This document shows positions 36,540-48,995 of a stretch of 64,000 bases of DNA, in pieces. The notes below the pieces were generated by a model, which saw nothing but the letters and a program-made list of their open reading frames with translations, was not told where the DNA came from and did not search any database. The stretch comes from Squalus acanthias (lineage: Eukaryota). Numbering within the stretch: the first letter of the stretch is position 1; each line of letters begins with the position of its first letter. The stretch covers positions 6,944,001-7,008,000 of the forward strand of contig CM059432.1 in NCBI GenBank assembly GCA_030390025.1. The letters are read 5' to 3'. The position numbers were made by a program, and so were the translations under genes.

Positions 36540-38340
36540 CAGCAACTTGCACTTATATAGTGCTCCTCACATCCAGGAAGAACTTTGAGTGCTTTACACT
36601 AAGGGTTTAACAGATACTGTGGACTCTGAGTATGAAGAAAGAGAAGGGCAATGGAGAAGCTATGATGGGGGAACTGAGGGCACAGTCGAATAGGTAAGTA
36701 CTAAGAAGGGTTTTGAAAGCAGGAAGAGAAGTGACAAAGCAGAAGGAATTGGGCAAAGAAAGGAAGAACATGCATTTATATAGTGCCATGATCTTATTGA
36801 ATGGCGGAGCAGGCTCGAGGGGCCGATTGGCCTACTCCTGCTCCTATTTCTTATGTTCTTATGTTCATGTCCTCAGGACGTCCCAAAGTACTTCACAGAC
36901 AATGAAGTACTTTTGAAGTGTTGCAATGTAGGCAAACATAGATAATTCCTAAGAGTAAGAGGAAAGAGGTTGAATGAGCAGCCACCAAGAGTGGAACAGA
37001 AGCAGTGCAGGGCAAGAAGACAAGTGTTGGTGGAGCCGAGGGTACATGCTGCGACATAAAGTAGGAGGGAATAGCTAAACTGAGTGATGAAAGGCCATGG
37101 AGATATTTTGAAGTCAACAAATTGGGGCATGGGGAGCCAGTGCTGCTTGGGTAGGAGAGGATTTGGGGTGATGGGAATGTGGGAGCTTGTATTGGGGAGG
37201 ATGCAGGCTGCAGTGGTCTGGATGAGTTGAAGCATGTGAAGAGTTGATGCGGATTGGCCAGGTAGAAGGGCATTGGAGAAGGTAAGCCTGAGATGATGAA
37301 GGTGTGGACTGGGGTTTTGGTGTTGAAGGGGATAAAGAAAGGAACAGAGAGGGCTAGAGGCACGGACGTGGTGACAGGTGCCAAAGAGGTCCAGCTCAGT
37401 TTTGCCGACATTCAGCTGGAGTAAGTTTTAGCTCATCTCTTCCAGATCTTTGATCTCAGACGGGTAATTTGAGAGTGTGGCATCAACTTTTCGGTCAGTG
37501 GAACAGATAAAGGTGTGTGCTATCAGCTTACAGGTAAAAGCTTCCAGATAATGTCGGTGAAATGCAGCATGTCGATAGTGAAGAGGACAAGTGGGCCAAG
37601 GATGGACCCCTGGGTTCCAACTCGGGCGAGCAGAGGAGGAGAAGCTATTAAGCCACGAAGCACTGCTTGCGTTAAGTCTAGTAAGAACAGAACCAGGAAA
37701 CAGCGGTGGACTGCAGAGGAAAAACGTTGGAAAATGATCGGGTCTTCCGTTGTATTAAAGGCAGTAGAGAGGTCGAAGTGTGCTGTCGGTGCTGTGGGCA
37801 GGGCAGAATCCAGCTTGGAGGAACGGTGATGTGAGTGGTAGGAGCATAGTTGCAAGACAACGACCTGTTTCAAGACTTCGGAGATTTGAGAGAGCACGGT
37901 AGTTAGAGAATGGAGGGCATTTAGGGTGGTTTCTTGAAGCGTGACGCATTAGTGGCTTTTGAAACAAGTGGGGTTAGCACCGGACAGGAGTGGACAGATT
38001 GATGATGTTGGCAAGCATGGGAGTAAGCAAGAGAAGCTGGATGGTCAGCAGTTCGACAGAGCTGGTGGTGGATTTTATGAATGAGGCAAGTGAGCTAAGC
38101 GGGGAGAGACTGCAAAGAAGAGAAATGGTAAGGGCACAGTTAGATGGAGGGCAGATAGGGAACTGGAGTTTGGGGCAGTGGGAGGTGCTCAGGACAGTCA
38201 TGTGTTGCAGTGCAAACATCCTCTATTTTGGACACAAAGTTGTCAGTGACGTTCCTCACACTTTGAGTCCGAGGTAAGGTTAAAGATTACGGTAGAACGG
38301 GAAGCGATGTCTGAGGAGGCAGATAGGAGTGGCAAAAAGC
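36540..38340 (-). mobile_element. Old L2 LINE with small nested CR1-tail and DeuSINE-tail fragments (~36765-36925)
   Basis: LQLIQTTAACIL, HWLPMPQFVDFKI, GTQGSILGPLVLF and DLSTAFNT on the minus strand. Confidence 0.75.
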
Positions 38341-38954
38341 CGTTCTGAAATTGAGGGCTAAAGAACTCAGCTGGGAGAGTGTAGAAGTGAGCTGCAGATC
38401 CCATCTACCGAGTTGAATCTGGTTGGAAGTTTATAAAACTCACTGACTGCAAAGCAGTCCCTAGGATTTTCATTTCTCACCTTGATGAAAATGGTATCCA
38501 TCGAAGCTAACAGTTATACAGGTGAGCGATCTGACCTGACTAGCATTTCTCTTCCATGTGTTTTTTTAAAACTTATTTTAATTTTACGCATTAAAAGTTG
38601 GATCAGGAATATTTGTCACTCGAGCATTTCAATTATTAGAACTAGTTCTAGGAAATTAAATGTGGAAACAACGACCATAACATAATTCGGTTTGGAAAAA
38701 AAGTACAATTGATTTAAAGTTTACCAAAAGTGCACTGATGAAGAGTCTTGTCAAATTGTTTCTTCTTTATTTTTGCCATTTGCCAATGGAACCTACAGCT
38801 CTTGGGTTTTCTTGATGTTAAACCAGTTTTTATAGGGCTTAAAATGTGAACGATGATGACTCAGTTTCTTACACCCAAATCCAGGAGATTGAAGTCAGAT
38901 TCCTGTGCTAACTGACCTTTCGTCAAATTGACTTCAATTCCCAATGGCTTTAGT

Positions 38955-39270
38955 GAGTAAACGCACTGCTCAGTCTAAGAATGAGCCAAACAGCCGCAAT
39001 CTGTGTTGACCCAGAAAAGCTCATCCAGGGCAGCACTGGGAAGCTACTATTCGTTTCATTTCTCCTTGCCTAGGGAGGGGAGAAATGGGCCAGCGACCCA
39101 GCTCTTGATTGCTATAAAGTGACCCATGTTGGAAATGCATGATACCCTCCATGGTGGAATTTCCTTATCCGGGACAAGAAAAGCTTACTTATTTCAGGTA
39201 CCGCAGGATTTTTTTCCTGCATCGGAACCACTCTCCAGCAAAATTTAGTGGCTTCAGGAGAGGAGAGGAG
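38955..39270 (+). repeat. Ancient SINE-like shark repeat, family unassigned; probable relatives at ~11990-12178 (+), 26540-26730 (+) and 34040-34330 (-)
   Basis: Shared degenerate 3' motif ggaac...ccagcaa(g)gagtcag...ttcaggagagg among these segments. Confidence 0.4.
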
Positions 39271-39419
39271 GCGACTTGCAATATTTTGTTTTGACGTTAC
39301 ACTTTGTTGGAGAAAAAGAAATTACTTTCAGATAACTCCGAATGATTGTATAACTGTTTATTTTTAAGTGCGGTTAAGAGTTTAAAGGAAATATTGCCAC
39401 CGAATTACACAGATTTAAG

Positions 39420-40220
39420 GGGCCAGATTTTGCTGAACATGTAATAGCATCTAAACGCCATTATTAATGTGCAAATCGGCCAACAACTTGTATCGAGGAA
39501 GAGATACCCCGTGAATGGTGAATCGCCACAAGTTGCTGGACGATTTGCGCCGCCCCGCTGTTAGCTTCGCAAAAACAACATCTCGCACTTAACCTCCCCG
39601 TGATTTTCACGAAGTTGCTGCATTTGCACATTAATTGCCCATTAAAGAAATTTAAATCTAGTAATTAACAGCGTAAGTACCCTTTTAACGACGTGATAAT
39701 TGTTAATGACTATCAATGAACCTCCCGCCCAGAAAGTGAACAAGTGTCGCTTCTCATTCCTTCAGATTGTGAATTGTTTTAGGAGATTTAAAAAATGTCA
39801 AATTTTAAAAAATTTTGTCTTTTCCTTTCTGTCTCTTTTTCTTTCTCTCTCTCAATCCAATCTTTCTTTCCTTCTCTTTCCCTCTTTCTGTCTCTTTTTT
39901 TTCTCTCTCTCAATCCAATCTTTCTTTCCCTCTCTTTCTGTATCTGATTTGACATTGAATTCACCCACTCTAATTCAGCCTCCTTCCTCTGTTTCTTTCT
40001 CAATCCTGAAATCTCATTGGTTCAGGAGATAGACTGTTGGTCCCGTCATTCTCCATTCTCTGGGACTGTCACGTTCCCAGATGGTCCCGTTGCCCTCGTT
40101 ATCAGATCGCACTTCCAGCAACTTTGTGTGCAACATTTTTTTAAAAACCTAACAGTGCATGAGCAATTCCAACTAACAGGGCATGCCCCCGAGAGGCCCC
40201 GCTCCAGCAAAACCTGGCCC
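39420..40220. mobile_element. Harbinger-type MITE (family C)
   Basis: TIRs GGGCCAGATTTTGCTG / CAGCAAAACCTGGCCC (15/16); the TSD is not clean. Confidence 0.7.
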
Positions 40221-40315
40221 AGTACTTTTTTTTTTGAGAAGTAAACCAAAAAAAAAGTTATTTTTTAAGAATCCACACGGAATTGCTGCCAGTAGCAGTG
40301 GAATATGGAAAGTCA

Positions 40316-40378
40316 TTCACCGAGTGACATCAGGAAAATGTAACTCGTTCACCAAGTGACATCAGGAAAATGTAACTC
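40316..40378. repeat. Tandem duplication with 32-bp period
   Basis: ttcacc(g/a)agtgacatcaggaaaatgtaactc occurs twice. Confidence 0.9.
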
Positions 40379-41717
40379 ACGAGTCTGAAGGACGCGTAGT
40401 TTAAGTGCTTCCTGATATTAGAATTATTTTCCTGCATCCATCATGGTTAACTCTATTTATAACGTGTACATGTAGTTTAAAATAATAAAATACATAATTT
40501 TGTAATAATGCTGGTGGCAGTCACAGCCGTAGGTCACAGAACAGCAGAATCGCTTTTAAGGTAAAAATAAAATTAATCATCTGACACTGTAGTTCAAACC
40601 ACATATGTAACTCTTGTAATCTACATAGATTGTATTTTCTTAAATCAGTCAACTATTACTTTCTGCATACTTTTAATGGGGTTGGAGAAGGGAAATCACG
40701 CCTGTTTTTCATGTTCCTATTATTAGCACCTAATGTCCATGTTATCCAAGATTGAGAGGCCAGGATGAACTTGCCTTCCTGTACAGCGCCATTGTAGTCC
40801 GTTATAGTTTTAAATAGCTTTCCCCGAGTATGCTGCCCTTTTTAAAGTTCAAATCTACTGTACATTTATTGGAACATAGTTTACAGATTAATGGTGTTAC
40901 AATAATATAATGGTACATGATAAATGATAAAATGATGTTGCTGTTCCTGCATTACCTAGAAGCATAGTTAAAGAGCAATTAAAATATATAACTGTTTTGT
41001 TAAATACTTATACTGGATAATTGCACTAGACAGAACTAATAAATCTTGCGAATGTTGTTGCTTAGGGTCACATTTTAAAAACTAACCGTTATTTAAGCAA
41101 TTTAGAATAAGGCCACCTTTGTTCAGGCTCCACAGTGAACGGTTGATTACAGGACCCCTGGTCTAGTCAGTTACTGTGCAGTACCCAATGATCAGCCGGC
41201 TACAGATATGCACAAGGTTGAATTAACCATAATTATTCCCTAAAGATTTTGATCTATGGGCTGTGTCTAAGCTGCAAAACCCATATGTGAGTGTGAAACC
41301 CAAGCTATGTGCTTGTATGTAAATAGAGCCATCTGTTATATAAATACACCTGTAGAATATTAGATGGGAAATAGAATAACACTTTAATTTCTTCTTTAGA
41401 ATTATTAATGGCTTTCTCATTTCCTATGAGATTAATTCAAGTGGATCCTGTTAACACTGGTAGTGTCTAATTATTTCTTCACAGCACAGGTTAAGCATTA
41501 CTGTGTACGCAGGAACAAGGTAGAAAATGCTTCAGACATAAGACAGAGCAATAACTAAGAAAAGATGTATAACCAGATCTTACAAAATAAAAAATCACAT
41601 CTTAACACCTTCCTGTCGAGGCAGGCCAGTGTTCCTTTTGCGCTTGAGGTCCTACCATTCAGAAGTGCTTTTACTTTTTATTTCCTCTCGTACCCGTTTC
41701 TAAAATAATGGAAAAAA

Positions 41718-42189
41718 AGAGAAAGATTTGCATTTATATAGCGCCTTTCACAACCACCGAACGTCCCAAACCACTGCACAGCCAATGAAATACTTTTTGA
41801 AGTGTAGCCACTGTTGTAATGCAGTAAATGCGGCAGCTAATTTGCGCACAGCAAGCTCCCACAAACAGCAATGTGATAATGACCAGAAAATCTGTTTTTG
41901 GTGATGTTGGTTGAGGGATAAATATTGGCCCCAGGACACCGGGGATAACTCCCCTCCTCTTCTTCGAAATAGTGTCATGGGATCTTTTACGTCCACCAGA
42001 GAGGGTAAACGGGGCCTCGGTTTAACATCTCATCTGAAAAAAGGCACCTCCGACACTGCAGCACTCCCTCAGCCCTGCACTGGAGTGTCAACCTATATTT
42101 TTGTGCTCGAGTCTCTGGAGTGGGACATGAACCCACAACCTTCTGATTCGGAGGCGAGGGAGTGCTACCAACTGAGCCACAGCTGACAC
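41718..42189 (-). mobile_element. Full-length DeuSINE
   Basis: Reverse complement of the 3474-3935 type. Confidence 0.9.
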
Positions 42190-42364
42190 TATGGAAGTCA
42201 AGTTCTCCAAGAATGACTACACCAATCTTCACCAGTTAAATATGTGGATGACGAGCTTCTGTCCTTTCAAAGTTGGTTTTGGTCTGAAAGATTTGGTTAG
42301 TTGCAGCATCTAAAACTTGAGCAAAATTATGAAGAGGGTAGGTGTTGTGAATAAAAAAAAAATA

Positions 42365-42800
42365 AGAAAGTCTTGCATTTTTATCACGCCTTTCATGACC
42401 TCAGGACGTCCCAAAGAGCTTTACAGCCAATGAAGAATTTTTGAAGCGTAGTCACTGTTGTAATGCAGGAAACGCGGCAGCCAATTTGTGCACAGCAAGC
42501 TCCCGCAAACAATAATTAATTAAATGACCAGATCATCTGTCTTAGTGATGGTGGTTGAGGGATCACTGTTGGCCGGGACACGGGGAGCACACTCCTGTTC
42601 TTCTTCGAAATGGGATCATTTACACACACCCTGAGAAGGCAGATGCCTCATCCGAAAGACGGCTGCTCTGACAGTGCAGCACTCCTTCAGTACCGCACTG
42701 GAGTGTCAGCCTAGGTCTTGCGCTGAAGTGTCTGGAGTGGGACTTGAAGCCACAACCTTCTGATTCAGAGGCGAGGGTGCGACCAACTGAGCCACAGTTG
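42365..42800 (-). mobile_element. DeuSINE with internal deletions
   Basis: Head ...gaccaactgagccacag; tail agtcttgcattttta. Confidence 0.85.
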
Positions 42801-43259
42801 AATACCTTTGTTTTGAACTGACAGTAAAGGATTTTAGTGATGTGCACTTCAAAACTACCAAACTCTCTCACTCTCTATTGGTGTCTGAATATAATGTGGT
42901 GACTGATGGACTTTGATATATCTGAAGAAAATATTTGCAAGATATTGTTGAATTCTGATTTGGAGCGGTTAAAATGAATAACATTTAACATTGTCAATAG
43001 TTGTTATGTTTGATAATTACAATTTTTTTCTTGGTAACAGAGTGTACATAGCTAACAAGGTAGATCTAGTGCAATTAGAGAGAACATTAACTTCTTTACA
43101 GTTTTACTAGCGCTTAGCCAATTATAGGTCAGAATGTTGAAAGCTTTAATTATATGTATTAATTTTTGTATTGCTTAAATTGGCCTCCTAGAAGTCCACA
43201 AATCTTTGGTGGTGTTATACTGTAGGTACAAACCTTTATTGTATACTGTAGGTACAGCC

Positions 43260-45130
43260 TCTCAAGTTCCCAGATCCCAAGCCTTTGACTCTCCACTTAT
43301 TACGAGACCTCCATTGCTGTTGATTTGCTTAACTACTACCTCACGTCGAACTGGAATGTCCTTGTTTGCATTAAAACTATAACTGTCTTCCACCCTTATA
43401 TTTCCCCCATTTCTGCACTCTCAAGTCTGAGGCCCACAAACTAGAGTGTAAATGGTGCACCTCCTAGCTAACTATTGCCAGACCTGGCTTGACCACCTCA
43501 AATATGTGCCACTCCTCAGCCAAAACCGTCCACTGTTCCAGGATTTTTTCTCTACAAACAACCGCCTCCCTAAAATCTTCTTTGCTGCCCCCTTCACACA
43601 CATCTTAGGGATCAAGAGCAAGAAGCTTGTGAATTTTTATGTTATCAAGACCATCTGTGCAGCTGCCTCCGCTGCATTCTCCCCTTCCTCTTGACCCCAG
43701 CTCCCACCTAATCTATCGCTGAACTCCCATTCCTTATAGTTTATCCCCCAACTTCTCCCTGCTCTCTCCAAGTTCAGCTTGTCCACAAGTCTCATCTCCT
43801 GTTCCGTCATTCCTCCTCCCGCTCAACTAGACTCAACTTATCTGACTATCCAGCTCCTCTTCCTGGCATCCATGTTGGTTGATATTGTCAATGGTTCCTT
43901 CTCATCAGGCACCATCCGGTTTACCTTCAAAGCTGCTTTTATCACTCTCCTCGAAGAAGGCTGAAGTGGTGGGGCGAAGTTCAGTGAGGAGGCACAAAAG
44001 GCCAGTCACAGATTTTTCTGGGAGGAGGTAATATAGAGCTGGAGGAGATTGCATTGATAGGGTGAGGCAAGACCAGCCCCATAAATATAACTTGTCCAGA
44101 ACCTTGCTGCACGCATCCTGTCCTGCACTAAGTCCCATTCACCTGCCACCCCTGTCCTCACTAAACCTAAATTGGTTCCTCGTCTCCTAACCCAATGAAT
44201 CCCCAGCCTCCTCTTTTTTTTCTCTGTGCTTTTATGTTGTGCTTTCTCCCTGAACTCTGCCTCACCACTGGTGGCAAAGTCTTCAGCCACTTGGGTCTGA
44301 CTTTTCTGGAATTTCCTCCCTACATTTCTCGCTTCACCGTTCTCCTTTAAAAGCCTTGTTAAAATACATCTCTTTGACCAAGCTTTCTGCCCACCCCTCT
44401 TCCTTTATGGTTCAGCGTCTGTTTTCCATATGCCTGTCTGTGAAGCACCTTGGGAGGGTTTTTTTTTTACATTAAAGGCATTACATAACTGCAAGTTGTC
44501 TCCATAGTTGCAGTGCACTGGCTCTTCAAGTGCTCTTATGCATGAAACTATAAGCTCATGCGCAAGCCCACGGCGCACTGGGGTCACCACTAAAGTTGTC
44601 GTGCAGCTGAAGGGAGAGCAGAAATGAATGTAGCAAGTGCCCTTGGTAGAACAGCGCAATTTAATGAAGCAGCTTTGGAGCTGCTGCTGGGGGAGATCCT
44701 CCAAGGAAGAGCGGAGGGGCCACCCTCCAGTGAAGAGCAGCAACAGCAACTTGCACTTGTACAGCGCCTTTAACGCAGTTAAGTGTCCCGAGGCGCTTCG
44801 CAGGGGCGTTAGCGGACGAAAATTTTAACACTGAGCCACACAAGGAGATTTTAGGACAGGTGACCAAAAGCTTGGTCAAAGAGGTAGGTTTGAAGGAGCG
44901 ATTTATAGGAGAGAGAGAGAGAGAGAGAGAGAGGTAGCGAGGCGGAGGGGCTTAGGAAGGGACGGCCGCCAGTGGTGGAACGATGAAAATCGGGGATGCG
45001 CAAGAGGCCAGAATTGGAGGAGCGCAGAGCAGAGGGTTGTTGGGCTGGAGAAGGTTACAGAGATAGGGATGAGGGGGGCGAAGCCATGGAGAAATTTGAA
45101 AACAAGGATGAGAATTTTAAAATCAAGGCA
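43260..45130. mobile_element. L2 fragments: + (43260-44500) and - (44740-45130)
   Basis: FKAAFITLL, ccagaaccttgctgcacgcatcc, and L2 tails on both strands. Confidence 0.7.
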
Positions 45131-45624
45131 TTAAAATAAATGTCAAAATAGCCGTGCGACAGCAGCCTGTATGGAGGTGATGGAAAGAGTCGACAATATC
45201 TGACTTGTGTCTTAAACCTGTGCGCAAGTGAAGGAGAAATTTGTTGCACTTAGGAATGTTGCCAAGTTTAATTTTCCTCACAGCTGACAAATTGTGCCGT
45301 ACAAGGCGTTTTTTAGCAGCATTCCAGCTTAAGTTTCGGGCAGCATTACTGATGGTGAAAACACCCTGCCATTTTTTCGTGTGCTTTCCAAATGTACTGT
45401 TTGTGTGTGTGTGCAGCTATAGTTGCCCTTGTCCTTATGCAGAATGAAGAGGTTCCTTCACACCAGGCAAAAAAAAAAGTCTGGTTACTTTTTGATTTCT
45501 AAAGGAATAGTGGAATTGCACTTCATCCTGAAAAGGAGGCAGTTAATCAAGATCCTGAAAAAGAAGCTAATGATGGTTACATTAGGAATCTTATTCAAGA
45601 GGCTTGTTGGCTGCCATAGACGTC

Positions 45625-46383
45625 GGCCTGTATTTTCCGATGCCTACGGGTGTGTACGGGCTGTGTACACACCCGTAGGGGCCTCTCAAGTGTCGGTTTC
45701 AGGCATGTGAAGCACATGCGTTGAAAACCGGCACTTCGATCTGTCAAGAATCCTCTTGACAGATCCTCCGCCTGCCCTGGAGAAGGGCCTCTGCGGGGGG
45801 AGAGTTCCGCTTTCTGCACAACCTCCGCCCGCTGAAAATCTTTCAAAATCTTACGCCTGGTAAAAGGCTGCGTAAGGCCTGCTTTTACCAGCAAAAGAGT
45901 TTAAAAAAAGTAAAAAAAAATTAAAAAATTCACTCATTTATCATTTAAAATTAGTTTTAAAAAAGGTAAGTTTATTTTTAGCCCCGTAAATTTTTTTAAT
46001 TTTTTTCAAAAAATTTAATTTTTGTTTAAAATATTTAATTTAATGTAATTTTGACTAATTTTAAAAATGTGATTTAAAAAAAAGTGTATTTAATGTTTTA
46101 GTGGTTTTTTTTGAGTGATCCCCATTCAGACATTTGACGGATCTAAGCTGAGAGACCTGTCAAAAGTGTGAAGGGGGATTCCCTTCTTCCATTGGTTCCG
46201 CCTGACCCACGTGATCCCAGGGACACTTGTGCCCCTGGGATACGTGGGCCCTGCGCATTTCGTCGTGGAGAGGCCCAGGAACGGAAATGACCGGACCTCC
46301 GGAGCCCTCAGGTAAGGGCCATAGATTTTTTCCAGATCGGAGGCATCCGCACGCAGGAAGCCTCTGATCGGAAAATACGGGTC
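45625..46383. mobile_element. Harbinger-type MITE (relative of family B)
   Basis: TIRs GGCCTGTATTTTCCGAT / ATCGGAAAATACGGGTC (15/17); flanks GTC/CTC; internal blocks shared with 10312-11075. Confidence 0.78.
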
Positions 46384-46952
46384 CTCAATTCTGCCTGCTC
46401 TTTGTGGCTGTTTACCCAGAACATAAGAGCCTGGAGTTTCCGCTGGGGGTGCAATCGGCAGAATGCACCAGACCGTACGCCAGTTTTGCTGAGGTGAAGT
46501 AATGGCCAATTTTCCGTGCAAACTCATTGGCATAAGATTGAAAGTGAATCAGAGCAAGTCTAGTAGAGTAATGAGGAGTGGGATTGCAAGGTAATGAGCC
46601 AATCTTCAAATTTCTTAACTAATTGATGATTTCTGCAGCAGTAGGGCAGACCTACGGCTTCAAATAACTGCTGGTCAGGTGATTAATGCTGGATTCATGT
46701 GTTCACCGGTGCTTGTGCGCCTGAGAATCTGGGCGCAATGTGATGGACATCAAACGAGCGCAATCGGCAGAAGCTTGCCTTTCCGACCTGGGGTTGTGGC
46801 CAGTTTTGTGGGCGGGGACTGCTTCGGATGAAGGGACTTTTGAACTGTAAAAGACCGCGCATACCTGGGCGTAAAGTAGTTGTGGGCTCAACTCACTTGT
46901 GCTTAAAATTTGGTGATCTTTTGCACTACTTGATGGTGTGCCTAATTTGCAC

Positions 46953-47490
46953 CATAAGAACATAAGAAATAGGAGCAGGAATAGGCCACTTGGCCCCTCG
47001 AGCCTGCTCCGCCATTCAATAAGATCATGGCTGATCTTGGGCTCAAAGCCACTTCCCTGCCCGCTCCCCATAACCCTTCACTCCCTTATCTTGCAAAAAT
47101 TTGTCTATCTCCACCTTAAATGTATTTAATGACCCAGCCTCCACGGCTCTCTGTGGCAGAGAATTCCACAGATTTACGACTCTCTGAGAGAAGACATTCC
47201 TCCTCATCTCAGTTCTAAAAGGGCGACCCTTTATTCTGAAACTATGCCCCCGAGTTCCAGATTTCCCTATGAGGGGAAACATCCTCTCTGCATCTACCTT
47301 GTCGAGACCCCTCAGTATCTTATATGTTTCAATAAGATCACCTCTCATTCTTCTAAATTCCAATGAGTATAGGCCTAACCTGCTCAACCTTTCTTCATAA
47401 GTCAACCCCCTCATCTCAGGAATCAACCGTTTGAATTGTCTCTGAACTGCCTCCAATGCAAGTATATCCTTCCTTAAATAAGGAGACCAA
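46953..47490 (-). mobile_element. CR1 3' fragment
   Basis: FWSPYLRKDILALEAVQR...WNSLPQ; tail cataagaacataagaaa. Confidence 0.92.
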
Positions 47491-47729
47491 AACAGGCTTG
47501 ATGGACCAGCTGGTCTTTTCTTGTCCATCATTTTCAAATGTTTTTATCTTCAAGGGCATTACGTCGTCACTTTCCCATCGATGCAAAGCAATTTTGTGCG
47601 CACATCAGTGTGAAGGTGCCAGGTTGATTATCTGATTCCCAGCTGTAGTAAAGCAAACGCTATGAGACAATGCTAACAGACAGCCTCATGCCGCTTGGAT
47701 TTTGCGCGAGCTACGGTATTTTTTTAAAT

Positions 47730-48175
47730 GTATTCATGGGATGTGGGCGTCGCCGTTAAGGCCAGCATTTATTGCCCATCCCTAAGTACCCTTGAGATGG
47801 TGGTGGCGAGCCGCCTTCTTGAACCACAGCAGTCCGTGTGGTGTGTCGTAGCGGTTTGGTACAACTGAGTGGCTTGCTAGGCCATTTCAGAGGGCAGTTA
47901 AGTGGTCAACCACATTGCTGTGGGTCTGGAGTCACATATAGGCCAGACCGGGTAAGGGCAACAGATTTCCTTCCCTAAAGGACATTAGTGAACCAGATAG
48001 TTTTTTACGACAATCCGATAGCTACACGGTCACCGTTACTGATACTAGCTTTTTAATCCAGATTTATTTAATTATCTGAATTCAAATTACCCAACTGCTG
48101 TGGTGGGATTTGACCTCAGTCCAGGCCTTTGGATTACTGGTCCAATAACATAACCACGATGCTACCACTCCCTAA
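47730..48175 (-). mobile_element. MetaSINE-like tRNA SINE with family X tail
   Basis: Reverse complement of the 2352-2745 type. Confidence 0.7.
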
Positions 48176-48995
48176 CTCCAGTATAACTCCAGCCTAGTGA
48201 AACGTCACGCATTTAGTGCCCAGATATTCTATTAGGGTCTTCTGAAACTTATTTTTCAACTTTTTTTTGATACTAGGAGGGAGATATTAAAAGTTAAAGA
48301 CGCAAGGGTGGACCACTGCGCATTTGTCCAAACGACTATACACAGAGAATTCCTTTACGGATAACTAGATAAAAAGGCAGTATAACACTGGGGCTTCAGA
48401 TTCTAAGCCTACTGCGCTTAAGGACCTTTAAACTGAGTATCAACCTCTGAACTTTTTCTAGGGCTTCAATTTCAACCCACCATTTAAGGGAGCAAAACTG
48501 GACACAGTATTCTAAATGAGGCCTAACCAAGATTTTGCATAAGGACAGCATAGTATTTTTTTGTATTTAATTGTTCTGGCACTCTATTTACTTTTGCAAC
48601 ACTGGTCATGGACCTTAAGAGATTCACGTACTATAACTCCTAAGTCTTTAGTCTTTCTCTGCTCAACAGCCCTGAGCTCACGGCCCTGCACGGTGAACCC
48701 ATACTTGGTGCAAACCCTACCCAAGTGCCTATACTGGATTTATTTTTATTGAATGACACCTGCCTGCCCCATCGCATCTAGATCTGCTTGTAGTCTAGTT
48801 TCCTCAACATGGATCTGAACATCCACACAAATCTTAGTATTATCCGCAAACTTGTGGACAATTCCCCCGAATCCTTCGTCCAAATGATAGATAAAAATGA
48901 TGAAAAGCAAGAATAGAAGATAGGAGCAGGAGTAGGCCATTCGGCCCCTCGAGCCTGCTCCGCCATTCGATGAGATCATGGCTGATCATCCAAAC

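Noticed and set aside
43216..43256. 15-bp direct repeat tatactgtaggtaca
   Set aside because: Small local duplication with an 11-bp spacer; no element lies between the copies.
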